A stretch of DNA of 64,000 bases from Lingula anatina (lineage: Eukaryota; Animalia; Brachiopoda). A program made the translations under genes and the position numbers. Shown here one piece after another: positions 10,330 to 30,821 of the stretch; the first letter of the stretch is position 1; each line of letters opens with the position of its first letter. The notes under the pieces were generated by a model, which worked only from the letters and a program-made list of their open reading frames with translations, made no database searches and was not told the origin of the DNA. The DNA lies in contig CM120641.1 of NCBI GenBank assembly GCA_051362555.1, positions 17,608,001-17,672,000 of the forward strand, read 5' to 3'.

Positions 10330-13300
10330 TTATTTCCCATTTCACGTCATGTTCAAATTTTGAAAATGTTACACAGCCTAGCCTGTTTCATTGCACTGTA
10401 ATCAAGATAAAGTCATGTAAGTCACAAATAAAAAATTTAATGTATAGTGTTCATCAAGAAACAAATATAGAATTATTGTCTCAACTTTTCAATCCAAAAA
10501 GTTACAATTTTCATCTGATTATAGCACAAACATGTGCTGACATGATGTGAATCTAAATATACAATGATAACACTTTTTAAGATGAAAACTAGACAACAAA
10601 GCTGTCCAATGTACAGACCAATTTCAGTAACAAAAATTGTTTAAAAGTCGTCTGTATCTGGTAAAACACAAATAAATATCCTGTGAATTTATTTTGCTGC
10701 ATAAAATGAGGGCAAAGGGAAATGGTTTGTGGAAGATGTTGTTTACTTGCTCCTATATGTGAGTGCTTGAGATAAGACAATATTCCAAACTTTCACTTTA
10801 GTGCTATGAATCACTTCATTAAAGGGATAATAACTCTTCGTATGATATCTATATTTCACAATAAAAACATTGTGAACAACTCATAGAAATATAATATATT
10901 CTGTTGTACAAGAAAAATGGCAGTTATAGCTATTATTCTGATATCTTAGCTTGTCTTCAGAGCACGTGACCTCCATTGATGGCTATACTCTGTTACGGTA
11001 AAGTCTTGAAAATTTCGTCGCTTAAAAATTAATTACTATTTTTAATTGTGTAAATCCGACTAATTTTTCAAAATTACCTCTCCCCGACTCCTGGGTATGA
11101 CGAAATTTTCAAAAATCCGGCCTTTGTGCTTTTATCCTTAGCGGCTGTTATCTTTGACCCTCCTATATTGTGGGATATTTATTACTACTTCCTAAGTCAT
11201 TTTCTGGTGGTAAATAATAATCTATTTATTTGTGCATCTCTTTTAAGTTATATTTAACTTACTGTACCCGAAAATATGTTGAGAATTATCTTCTCGGTAA
11301 GAAACATACCTCCTGATAGAGAAGAAGGATCAAGATAAGCCTAATTGCAACCTTGCATCATAACCTGGATGCGACATATTCAAAAAAATAAAAAAATAAA
11401 AAAAAAATAACGCACTTGGCAACGTTTGTTGCATGCAGGGCTTTTCCCAGGATTAAGTGTCAGGCCTTCTAAAATTACCATCTGTAACTTCCTAAAAATT
11501 TACAGGGAGTTAAAATAATTGCTCCCGCTGACGATCATCTGCAATTTAAGTTCCTTGAACTAATATGAAAACTGCATTTTATTATTGCTTACATCGCGAA
11601 CGATCTCCCGATGATGATATGAAAATTGCCTTTTCGTCTCACTCGGATCGCGAACGATCTCCCTCTGACGATCTTACGCGAACTAAGCCCTGACGATATG
11701 ACGCAAACGATTCTTCGCCGAAGATATGCCGTGAGCGGGGAAGGGGGGGGGGGGGGGTTAAAGATAAAATGAAAAATATATATTATTTATAAAATTCAAA
11801 GGGGGAGGGGGGTTAAAATAATGATCTCCTGCTGACGATCTTCCACGAACGAAGTTCCCTTGAACTAATATGAAAAGTGCATTTTATTCTCGCTTACATC
11901 GCGAACGATCTCCCGATGATGATATGAAAATTGCCTTTTCGTCTCTCTCGGATCGCGAACGAACTCCCTCTGACGATCTTACATAGCAAACAAAGTCCTG
12001 AGGATATTACGCGAACGATTCTCCGATGAAGATATGCCGTGAGCGGGGGAAGGGGGGGGGATAAAGATAAAATGAAAAATATATGTTGTTTATAAAATTC
12101 AAAGGGGGAGGGGGGTTAAAATAATGATCTCCCGCTGACGATCGTTGGAAAACTAAGTTCCTTGAACTAATATGAAAACTGCATTTTATTATTGCTTACA
12201 TCGCAAACAATCTCCCGATGAAGATATGAAAATTGCCTTTACGTCTAGCTAGGATTGCGAACGATCTCCCTCTGATATGTTCTTACGCGAACAGAGTCCT
12301 GATGATCTCCGCCGAAGATATGCCGTGAGTGGGGAAGGGGGGGGTTTAAGATAAAATGAAAAATATATATTATTTATAAAATTCAAAGGGGGAGGGGGGT
12401 TAAAATAATGATCTCCTGCTGACGATCTTCCACGAACGAAGTTCCCTTGAACTAATATGAAAAGTGCATTTTATTCTCGCTTACATCGCGAACGATCTCC
12501 CGCTAAAGATATGAAGATTGCCTTTTCGTCTCTCTCGAATCGCAAACGATCTCCCGCTGGTGATCTTACGCGAACGGAGTCCGCTACAAATATGAAAATT
12601 ATCTTCTCGTCTCGTTTGGATCGCGAACGATCTGTTGACGATATTACGCGAACGATTCTCCGCTGAAGATATGAAAATTGCCATCTCGTCCCATTCGCAT
12701 TGCGAACGATCTCCATGTTCGAGCCAGGTAATCGTTAAATGGTCCTAAATTGAACATGGCCATGAATAGAAGTGACAGGTACATTTCCCTTCGAGATAAT
12801 ATCTTGATTTTTTCATTGTGTCTTCCCTCATTTAGGACAGCCGCCGATAACAATAACGGCCTTACAAATGACAGAGCCGCGGCCTGTGTCTTCTATTTGC
12901 CGCCTCGAGCCAGGTAATAGTAATAAAACTAAAGACAAAAGGCCGACGTTCCCGCAATTGAGAACGGGAATTCACATCTAAACCATCTATATTGTGAATG
13001 ACCGCTCGCAGGGGCGCACTATTGTTCCTATCTCCCATTGAGAGTGTTATCGGCAATGATATCCTGATCGTATCATTGTCTTGAATCAACTGACGCATTA
13101 CCTTTATGTTTGAGCTGGACAACGCGGCCATATTTGGCGACGAACTTTTCAAAAATTATCGAGTACCTCATTTTCAAGGTCGACGAAGTTTTCAAAGGGA
13201 AAAAAATTACGTCTGCGGAAAATCGTCGGCCGACGAAATTTTCAAGAACGACGAAATTTTCAAGACTTTACCGTATAATCTCTTAAGAGATTTTAACAAA

Positions 13301-16300
13301 AAACCAAACTTTTTAGAAAAAAACCAGGGACCAACTTTGAATGTAAAAATGGATTCATTAACCATTGGTAAGTATGGGAAAATTGTTGTTTACTCCAGGA
13401 AAATTCATTTTTTGGCCAAAACGAAGAGTTATTATTCCTTTAAGTACAAAGAAAATAACTGACATGATTTTAACCTTACTTGCTTTGAGATGGATTCATG
13501 GCTAAAAAAATTAAAAAGAAATTCATGAAATTTTCAGTATCAAGAATCAGACCTGTATGATAGAGGAAAATAAAGCCATGGTTTTTCATTTTCTGCATTA
13601 TGGAATGCACAACAAATACTTGTATGCTGGGGAAAAAGAGAAATTTGTATGCTGGGAAAGGAGAAAAAAATTACGACTTTTGCCTAAATGGTCTGACAAA
13701 TCCAATATATGCTCATGTCCTGTATTTTTTTAATGTTACAAATCAGCCTGGCCAGTTTGTGGAAAATAAGTCACATGGTTATCTATCTCATGCTTAAAAA
13801 TTTTTTTCAGTGACAATGACAAATGCAGGTAACAGCTATATGTCCAGACACACTGTGTCTGTACATAAAAAAAAAAGACAAAGAAAAGATGGAAAAATTT
13901 GCCCATCAAACAATAAGCCTGATGCTGTAGGAATGCTTTAGTTGTGCCATTAGAAGTGAGCCCAGCAAACACAATCACATTAGTATGGAATGCATAGACT
14001 GCTCTAGTTGTGCCCCAGCTAACACAGTTTACCTGCTGTGGCTCCCATGGTGCTCCCAGGCTCTGAAGAAATGCAGTGCAATATGGCATGTTCAAGCAAG
14101 TGCATTACTAATATGGGCAACTATGCTAAAGCCCAACAAGATGGCCTTAAGTTCTGAGGCATCAAATCAAATGCTTCTGTTTAAACAAAAATAATAGCAA
14201 GCTATGTCCTCATAGAATGTTTTTCTTGTAAGCAAGCAAAATATGATGTTGGTTTTAATAGAAAAGCAAGTAATACAAGGTGAAAAGTTTGCATGACAAC
14301 TATGATAAGCATACAAATTAAAATTAGCTACAGTTCTTTAGAAAATAAACCCACATGCTGCATTTACATGCAAAATTCGGGATCATGTTTTCATATCAAC
14401 AGGTTCAATTGTTAGGCTAACTACAAATTAAAGGGATGACAACTGTTTGTAAGTTATCCAATAAATGCATTGTAAACAGCTCATAGAAATATAATAAATT
14501 CATTTTCAATGCAATTACTCTGGAATTTGTGCTTGCCATCACATCACATGACCTCCATAGATGGCTACACTATGTAATAATCTCCTAAGAGAATATTACA
14601 GAAAACCAATCTTTTTAGAAAGAAACCAGGGACTAACTTTGAATGTGGGAATGGATTCATTATCCATTGGTAAGTATGGGAAAATTGTCCTTTACCCCAG
14701 GAAAATACATTTTTTTGGCCAAAATGAACAGTTGTTATCCCTTTAAGCACAACTGAAAAGTGATTATGTTCAAAGACTTATGGCTTAAACAGAAATACTT
14801 TCCCAGTGGCCAAATTTATATTAAACAAATTCATTGCATAAAAGGTTTCTTCCGAAATGTTTATCTCTTCAGGCAGTTCTCTACAAAATTACTGCCGTAG
14901 AATTTCACCTTGCTGACAAGTTTATCAACCAGTCTCACTGACCATAAACTTTCTGGGATACATAAGCTTTTGGTGAAAATATGTATAAAAGAAAAAGTTA
15001 AATCCACACAAAAACTACATATAGTTTACCTTCTGTAGATACAATGGGGCCATTCAAGGGGCCATTAAGAGCTTCTAATAAATTGATGGCCTCATAACCA
15101 GGTGGAACACCTTCTTGGCTCACAGGGAATTCCTCCGATTCCTGGCTCTGTAATAAATAGAATTAATTTTCATTTTTATTATTATTGAAACAAAATATTA
15201 TCACAAATCCATGTTAAGGTAATAAAACAATTACTCAGAACCTGTTATCTTTGATTCCATACAACTGTGTCACTACATTTATTGCAGAATTGTCAAAAAA
15301 TGCATGAACCAAGTTTATTCAACAACACTTAGAATATACAAGGTGCACACAACTTAAAATGCACAACATTCAATACATAAGGATGACTTTGAACAAGGTG
15401 TTTTCTCTTTAACTATACCTGTGCATGACAACCGGAATGTTTCTTCCTTAATGCTCTTATTTGCAGCAAGGCTCGGAAAGGAGCCCTACAAATGGGGCAG
15501 TTATTGGCTTGGTAGCGCAGAGAATCAGCACAATTATTACACAGACACAAATGACGACAGGGCAGGATCAGGGTGTCCCTCATGTCAGACATACAAATGA
15601 CACACTCAGACCCATTGTCCTCCCAGTCTTCCTCTTCAGTCTCAAGCTGAAAAATAAAAGAAGATTATAACTTTCATTTCTTCCTATTCACAACAAATAT
15701 TCTATGCAATCTCAGTTATGGTTTAGGAGACATCCCATATAAAAGAGTAAAACTTGACTTTACATCTTTCATCCTTTCATCAATAAGAAACATTCTAATC
15801 CCTAGTGAATCTAATTTCTATTTCTGTAGTTTATGAATAACCCTCTCATTAGGTTTCATTCATCATTCTTTCCCAAGTGTTTTACATGCTATGTATGAAG
15901 TACATGCTAAATGTCCACATGTTCTGCTTATCTGATATATGCTAGTGATAACCCATGTTGTAAAAGTTGTTACAGCTCCCATCAGTTACGTACAGATCTA
16001 CTCACCTTTGAGCGAGTTGTTTTGTTCTCAATGCCATAGATTTCCTGAAGCAGATAGCACAATCCGTCCACCATTTGTTTCTGTTTCAGAGTCTTGATGA
16101 CATAGCCATCACACGTCTTCTCAAGCACAGCAAATGTGACATGGGCATGACCAATGTGATCTGGAGTATGCAAGAGAGAAAATAATTCTACATGGTAGTA
16201 ACCTGCTAATATCCCAGACGAAATAATTTTCTTCTTTAAGAAGTGACAGAGAGATAATGAAGTGAAGTTTTTAAAAAACATTCTTCACATTTTTTTTCAT

Positions 16301-17885
16301 TATCATTTGTCTCCTGGCACAATTACTTCAAGTACATTCAGCACTTATTACAGTATATGCTACCAAATGTCAGGTAACAACGAACTTTTTCCATTTTACC
16401 ATTATGATTTATGATGACTGTATACAATGGCAAAGAGATTACAGACCTTCATCTTCAACCACACAGTGTATAACAATAGGTATGATATCCTTCTCTGGGA
16501 CATACTGCCACTGAACAAAAAGACAATGTGCAAGGTGTGAATATAGAGTTGCATCTCCATAACTGAAGTCATATTCCAAGAAATGTTCAAAAACATGGTT
16601 TAAATTATTATTTAATTCTTTAGAATTATCTTTAAATAAAGCATTTATACTTCTATAAATTACCTTGTTATCAAATCATAACCAAAATATGCATCTTACT
16701 TCTTACCTAAAAAATAATTAATCATATTCAACCAATAATTTAAAAACAATCTATGATTTGTAACAGAAAGTGTCCAGAACTCACATCCTCCTCTGGGAAT
16801 GCACTGGGCTGTATAATGTGTGTGGATTGACTGAAGACTTGGTTGGCACCACGTTTATAGTGGAAGGTTTCAGAGTTCATACTAGGATCCCTGGGATAGT
16901 ATCTGGCAAAAAATGGGATTTATATATATGAATTATGATGTTAAATGCAACATAAGAGTAAACTTACTACAATTCACTCACTGAATTCTGCATTTAAGAA
17001 CAAAAGTGCTGATAACTTTCATTTTTAAAATGACAAAAGTGAAAACTAATGAAGATAAAGATAAAGATAAACCTTACTGCAGCTTATGCACCAGAGGCAT
17101 CTGCCAACAATTTACTTTACAGATAAAAATACTGTATTATACAGTACATTACAGAAGATATAAAGAGTACTTACACAGCCTGTCCATTAGTGATTTCCTC
17201 AGTGGCAAAATGATAGACTGTAACTGCACATTTCACATCAGAATCAAAAGTGAACTCAATGTTATATTTTGGACTGCCAGCACACTCCTCACTGTTTGTG
17301 CCGTCTTCTTTTCTTCCATCACTCCCTTCAGCTAAACTGGGGGCTGATGAACCACCTATAGAGCCTTTCTCGGAGGCTTCCACACCATCCTCAGTCACTC
17401 TGTGATAAACCAAACAGGCCATTGTGCGTTCAATAAAATATAAATACTTGATTGTCACTCTTACTGCATTGTGAATAGAATTTCAGATACAGTCAGATAA
17501 TACTACACAATGCAGTTGCTGATGACAATAACTAGACAAGAAGAGAGATTAAGAATATCAAAAACAGTTCAAACTATTCACAGTATATGTAAGATAATAT
17601 CAGCTTTGTTACCCACACGCACAAACACACACCCTGATATCATACATATCAAGATATAATATACATACAGATGAAATACCAGGTCTAACCTTATCAATCT
17701 CAAGGAATCTTTTCTTATGTTGACCAAGCTGCGAAGGGTCTTTGTTGGCTCTCCTGGTTGAGGAGCAGGATAGGGAAACTGAAATCAGTACAGCAGCCAC
17801 TTTTATAAATTATACATTCAAAATATCATATCATATCATACATATGAACACTGTAATACAACATTATATATAGCAAACACACACA

Positions 17886-17959
<74 letters not shown>

Positions 17960-18903
17960 AAACACATCTGGTATTTACTAGTATTTTAAAAATGTAATCT
18001 CTGATTCACTGGAAAATTAAATGCTATATGAAAAATAGCATATAAGATTTCATAAATAAAAGGATTACATGTTAATGTTAATAGCACTTACTGGTATAGG
18101 TTTACTTCCGAGAAAGTTCAAATCAGTACTTTCTCCAAACAGATATGCTTCTGGTTGCATTACATCAAAGCGTTCCCCTCCCATGATGAAATGACTACCA
18201 AAGTAGTTACCTGAAAAGGGATCGATTTGATTTTCATTCATTTAAAAACAATTTGTTGATAGCCCAAATCTTTCCAAATGTGTATACTAATAAGACTGAC
18301 AAACAATCTAAAAAGCAAGTTTGCTGTAGACATAACTTCTTCTCTGGTCTTTCTTCCGTAAAGCTGTGTCTTTATATCATAACTGATTGCCTTTATTTTC
18401 AACTAATAAAATAACTGATGTGTACATTTTTGTTTAAATTCCCATATGCATATATAAAGTTTCTGGGTGTGTTTGCACATGTGTGTAAAAAAACTTTTTT
18501 AAGGAGACAGATTAAATAAAATAATCTTAGGCCAAGTATGAAACTGAAAAGAGGTTAATTTTCCTTCTCAGGTGTTACCCTGGCAGTAGATGTCTTTGAG
18601 ACAAGTTCAATTGAATATATTAGACACTACATAAGAAAATCTGTATTTTATTAAATATGTAAATAAATGACACAGATTATTAGTAAATATCACTCCTTTA
18701 AAATCGCATTCAAAGCCGAAAAGCCCTCGTAAAATTAGACAATATTAATGTACCTAAATGCAGTTATATTGTCAAGTACTCGAAGTCTTTACTTTAGTAT
18801 CAAGATATCACTTACCAACTTTTGGTGGGTATTTGTAGGCATTATTAGTCGGCATGTCCACCTCTTCCACCCTGGCCTCTCTTCGACTATTTAAAGCCCC
18901 CAT
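5326..18903 (-). CDS. MGRN1: E3 ubiquitin ligase, Mahogunin/MGRN1-RNF157 family (RING finger), ~579 aa; the 3' end is uncertain
   Basis: Exons (minus strand): 18903-18816 (MGALNSRREARVEEVDMPTNNAYKYPPKV), 18210-18092 (GNYFGSHFIMGGERFD..EAYLFGE), 17778-17690 (FPYPAP..KTLRSLVNIRKDSLRL), 17399-17175 (YNIEFTFDSD), 16902-16785, 16510-16447, 16160-16006 (LKQKQMVDGLCYLLQEIYGIENK), 15646-15419 (RING: ECVICMSDMRDTLILPCRHLCLCNNCADSLRYQANNCPICRAPFRALLQIRA), 15147-15030 (VPPGYEAINLLEALNG), 7280-7208, 6440-6270, 5911-5764, 5469-5326 (or donor at 5346). All introns are GT-AG and phase-consistent. The last four exons are low-complexity and less certain. This is probably the single invertebrate pro-orthologue of MGRN1 and RNF157. 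Confidence 0.93.
7289..9082 (-). mobile_element. HINE/DINE-1-like non-autonomous Helentron, copy A (family shared with 59242-61246)
   Basis: Terminus AACAAGGCAGC-aaa-GCTG (palindrome) plus subTIR ATGTACAGAC; internal repeats including 3 x 159 bp (8542, 8701, 8860); (GACGGC)n microsatellite at 9006-9040; terminal hairpin ATGTACAGACACA-tc-TGTGTCTGTACAT (9054-9081) followed by A's. Colinear and closely similar to 59242-61246. Confidence 0.88.
9782..9940. mobile_element. Short hAT-like MITE remnant (CAGGGGCG(G/A)ATCC..ATCCGCCCTG type)
   Basis: Imperfect terminal inverted repeats CAGGGGCGAATCC / AATCCGCCCTG. Similar ends occur at 24356-24429 and 39682-39977. No TSD is recognisable. Confidence 0.4.
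10268..10327. repeat. Compound (CT)n(CA)n microsatellite
   Basis: Direct reading of the sequence. Confidence 0.95.
10996..13273. mobile_element. Non-autonomous TIR DNA transposon with TA target duplication (Tc1/mariner-type)
   Basis: Perfect 25-bp TIR CGGTAAAGTCTTGAAAATTTCGTCG / CGACGAAATTTTCAAGACTTTACCG, with TA on both sides (10994-95, 13274-75). Extra CGACGAA-TTTTCAA motifs lie near the right end. No transposase ORF. Confidence 0.88.
11510..12715. repeat. Higher-order tandem repeat (~290-310-bp units built from shorter ATATGAAAA..CGCGAACGATCTCCC subunits, with G-tracts)
   Basis: GAAGATATGCCGTGAG(C/T)GGGG..AAGGGG recurs at ~11720, 12028 and 12314; CGCGAACGAT-like motifs recur many times. 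Confidence 0.9.
14432..14742. mobile_element. Kolobok-like MITE, uninterrupted 311-bp copy
   Basis: TTAA|AGGGATGACAACTGTT ... AACAGTTGTTATCCCT|TTAA. The internal sequence is homologous to the two halves at 10823-10995 and 13276-13439. Confidence 0.82.
17877..17958. repeat. (CA)n microsatellite
   Basis: About 40 CA units with one interruption. Confidence 0.97.
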
Positions 18904-26646
<7,743 letters not shown>

Positions 26647-28323
26647 ATTCTGATTTCTGATTTTCACAGAAAGCACACTTAATCACGAAAGAAATAAGTG
26701 TTGCAAACATTTGAGTGGAGAAAGGGAAAATCTTATTGTCTCTCAAGAACAGGTGAAGCGCTTGGAACATAACAATGAATGAGCAAGGTCAGACTCTTCG
26801 AAATCAAGGAGTTCTATGTTAGAATTTCTGTTATTGATGGAGGCAGGGAAAAGACTAAATTTCATCTATAAAACATTTGATGACAGGCAATTTAATATTG
26901 AGGAGAAGTTGAACAGCCTGAGACTTTTTAATTTAATTAATATGGTAAAGATATAATTTGTATGGGTATCTATATCATTCATGTAGATATGATGTATGTC
27001 TAGCATCATTTTGACAGTTCTTCAGTTATGTTCATATTCACATTATATTAATCCACGTTTCACAGGTTTATAGAAAAAGTGGAAAAAGTTCAAAAAATTT
27101 ATTTGTATCAGTGTTTTACAGGTTTATAGAAAAAGAAACTAAAAAGGGAAAAGATATATTGACTAATTGGAGACACATGAGACAGTGTATACTAATGATC
27201 TGGTGCTTTTATTATATTAGTTGAAAAATTTGGTGTGTCTTTAGGACTACTAAAATAATTTTAAACAGTGCCTGGAGTTGGGAACACTCCATTGAAGAGC
27301 AAAAGTTAACTTTGGGTTTCACACTGATTATGACACGTTTCTTTCAGTCAGTCACAGATGCACTGGGTTATGTGCTGTATAATCTTTTGTATATATATAT
27401 AAATATTCTGTTATCTCTTCTGATATGTGAGAGTTGTAGTGCACCCCGTGTCTCAGTGCATTCACTCAGGTATAGCTTGGGCAGGGAAAGAAGGGGACAT
27501 AGTAGTTGTGGACTGGTCAATCTCATGATAAAATTTCATGTGAAATTTGTATTCTTATCATGTATTTAGGTCACTTAACAGTATAATGTAAAAGACCAAT
27601 GGTAATTAGTGTACTTTGAATGTTAAATGATGAGGTGTGACGGTAATTTCTGTATTTTATGCATATTGTGTTAAGAAAGCGGTGGGTGAGCAAAAACTGG
27701 CAAGAAACTAATGGAGTGAATATAGATGTCTATTCTTTATAGATGTGAGGATCTCAGCAGTTTCAGGGTTTTGTTTTATTTGCTGGCACATATGGTTGTT
27801 GCTCCAGTTGGCACGCAGCCTTTAGTTTGCTGTTTGTATCAGGGAGCATGGTGTTTACATCACGGATTAGTGCACACTCAATCAAAGTCCATTTCATACA
27901 ACTTTGTAAATTGCGTTGTACCTGTACATTGTGTACAAACTTGAAATACATTTTATAACAGATGGCGTTTTTTCCTGCAATATCATTGACGAATAATAGA
28001 CCTTGAAATAGTTAAGACAAGATGATATAAGAAGTGGGTGACGCAGTTCGTCTCGTGGGCTTGTGAACGTAAACTAAAGGGGGTTGCAGTGACTAATGAA
28101 ACAGCCATTGCCCGATTGCTGTAGTAGTGCTGTCATCGCAATGTAGCCACTCCTTTGTTGTGCCAAATTGCGGAAACCTCTAAGTATCACTGATAGAGTC
28201 GGACATCAGTATCTGTTTTTAACCATACCTTTCACACGGTAGACTTGTGATTTGCTTTGTTATTATTGAAAAGGAACGTGTCCAACTTTTTAAAAATAAA
28301 ATGAACATGCATTGGCTGGGAAG

Positions 28324-28436
28324 TAGCACGAAAATTCATGCGTTAGCACTCCTATTGACGGTTCTGATACGTACTTGCACAGCCGCTACATATCAGAACC
28401 GTCAATAGAAGTGCTAACGCATGAATTTTCGTGCTA
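28324..28436. mobile_element. 113-bp foldback MITE with 9-bp target-site duplication (Mutator/MULE-like)
   Basis: 50-bp inverted arms (2 mismatches) around a 13-nt loop. GCTGGGAAG is duplicated exactly at 28315-28323 and 28437-28445. Confidence 0.88.
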
Positions 28437-30439
28437 GCTGGGAAGGTGAAGAGGTTTAATGGAAAATGGCTTTTGCCACGCTTAGGCTAGCACTTTTCCA
28501 CCCCTGTCTCTATCACTAGGCATGTTCTGTTCAAATTTATGAGGCTCGATGAAAATTTTCTACCGTAAAACGACGTTAACCATTTTGCACTTAGACGTCT
28601 TTCTAAAGAAATCGAGTTGGATTATATTAAAACATTGAAGTCTTAGAAATATACGCGTATGGTAACAAAACTCACTTAATTCAAATAAAACTGACGTAGT
28701 GTATACAAGAGCGCTCAGTCATCTTACTTCGCACAAAAGTGATTCAGAAAATGGGCTCGATCATACGTTCTTATATGAGATATTCGCAGAATCGGTGCTC
28801 TGAGTGGTCATGTTAACGTGGTAAATCAAAGTGGAAGGCCTGCTCTCAACTGAAGTCAACTTTACCTTATCAAAGATAGATCCGTAATGAGGTAAACAAA
28901 ACTAACTTATCAAGAATCCCGCTTTAGAGGAAGATTCACCGAAGAAATGCCAAATATGTCCTTTTGATATGTTTTGTGGCTTGAAAACCCCTCAAGTAAG
29001 TCAAGAAACACACCAGTGAATGTCCTAAAAAAACGCCGACTCTTTATGTTGATTAAAAACGTATACGTAAATTTGACGTCACTGTGTTTGTTTCTCTGTC
29101 CACCAAAAAGGAAAGCGTGATTGGATATATTCATGTTACACTCCAAGGTTTTCATAACAATCACACACACCCCCTTGTGACCGTTTGGTTTCGTATAATT
29201 ACTTCAACGGACTGATATTGGTAATTTTTAATGTGCCAAGCGCATGCTGTATGCCATTTATTAAAATTGCGAATATGATTTACTATTGCCTGGTGATGAT
29301 GATGTAGTTGTTTGACTTCCACTGCGCCGAGGGTAGCATTAATTCTGTCAAAAAAAAAGGAATGACTGTAATAGTGGATGGATGAAGGAAAGGGAACTTA
29401 ATTAATACAAACTATATCTCAAGTGTCACTAACTTGACTCTAACGTCGAATATAGCTTCAGTTAGCTTACGATTTCTCGTATAGCAGCTTACCCTGGTGT
29501 TGCTTTTCTTGTGTTGTTTGCATAACCTCAAACCCTGACTTCAATAAAAACTTAGATATGAAAGACGTACGTTATAGATATGGCATCACCATACCAAGCA
29601 GTTGTATGTCGCATGGCTTAATTTTTTAATTGTATAGCAGGGTGCTGAGGAACAGATTTAGACCCATTGTGATGCGAACATAGTAAACTCCATTTAGTTC
29701 TGTTATTCCCTGTTCATCAAAATGAAAACAAATTGAGACTCTGGAATCAAGCATATAGGACACGTGTTGATATGCTATGATAAAAGAAGCGGTCCCTTCA
29801 GTTTTATCATATAACTTTTTTTTTATTCTATTCAACAAATCTAATAGTATTTTCTCATTAATGCAAGCCATTGTGAAAAGTCACCTTTTGTTGGGACGTG
29901 TATTGTATTTAATTCAAGGTATATTGAGCCTATTGCTGTTGCTAAATAGGCCTACTTCATGAAATCCACCTTATCTAAACACGTTTTACCGCTTACAGAC
30001 TTTTTTTCGCCACCAAAACCAAAATTGAATTGTCTCTGGTCAAACTGACAACTTAACAAGTGCAGAAGTTAATTCATTTTGTTATATGTAGCATATGGAA
30101 TTAATTAAATGCTAACTAACTTCTGTAGGCAAAATTCCAAAAGTAATAATTATAATAAGCACCCCCCCCCCCATCTCCCACGCCGCGATTGCGTCAAACT
30201 AACCACCCGAACCACAGCCTTTGAACAGTGCACCTGCCTTGATTGCTCTTTATACCGATTCCGACCATCTTCTTAAGATTTTAAACACATCAATGTTTGA
30301 AAAATTAAATTTGTGTTTCAAATGTATGTTTATTTACTGGATGTATAAATGGAATTTTAGTTTAGTTTTGAAATATCGATACAACACATTCCGCCTCGTA
30401 ATCCACATTTCAACTTGTCTTGAGCCGGCAACAGAAGCG

Positions 30440-30821
30440 CCATCTCTAAACATGTTTATCTCATTTGCATGCCTAGCGACGTCGTCAACAGACACGCCAA
30501 TCAGTGGGCGCGCTAGTATTTACTCCACTATTTAGCTAGTTGCCATGCAAGCAATATTATCAAGCCAGCTCAAGTGACTTGCATGCAGTTTTCTCGTGGA
30601 ACTTAAGGGTGTAACTGGTGGATTTACACACCGTTTATAGCAATAAGCAGTAGCTAAACAATAACCAAATTTAGAAGGGATATTACCTCTTGACTGCAAA
30701 TAACAGCACTGTTCCTCGAAAAATCGTTTTGCGGAGCACAGGGGAATTTGGAGAATTTGTTTCATCTCTGCAGGGGATCAGCTGATCCGAGTCACCATAT
30801 AGACAAGCTGGCGAGTTACTC
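30440..30821 (+). promoter_or_regulatory. Putative FOXJ1 promoter and non-coding first exon
   Basis: CpG-rich patch with CCAAT (30497), RFX X-box-like GTTGCCATGCAAGC (30539-52) and half-site CCTAGCGAC (30472-80). The strong donor GTAAGT at 30822 would splice to the acceptor TTTCAG ending at 31212, upstream of the ATG at 31292. Confidence 0.55.

Larger units (their letters stand above)
10823..13439. mobile_element. Kolobok-like MITE (TTAA-flanked), split by a 2.3-kb insertion
   Basis: TTAA|AGGGATAATAACTCTTCG ... CGAAGAGTTATTATTCCT|TTAA (TIR with 1 mismatch; TTAA at 10819-22 and 13440-43). The halves 10823-10995 and 13276-13439 align with the uninterrupted copy at 14432-14742. Confidence 0.82.
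10587..13867 (-). mobile_element. Older HINE copy (same terminal family as 7289 and 59242) hosting nested insertions
   Basis: Left end AACTAGACAACAAAGCTGTCCAATGTACAGAC. Right end GCAGGTAACAGCTATATGTCCAGACACACTGTGTCTGTACATAAAA resembles the end of copies A and B (GCAGGTGATGGCAATATGTACAGACACATCTGTGTCTGTACATAAAA). Confidence 0.7.

Noticed and set aside
12457-13462. Several 67-118-aa ORFs inside the TIR element as a possible transposase
   Set aside because: No DDE/DDD or HTH motif is recognisable. The ORFs derive from tandem repeats, and one runs across the element boundary.
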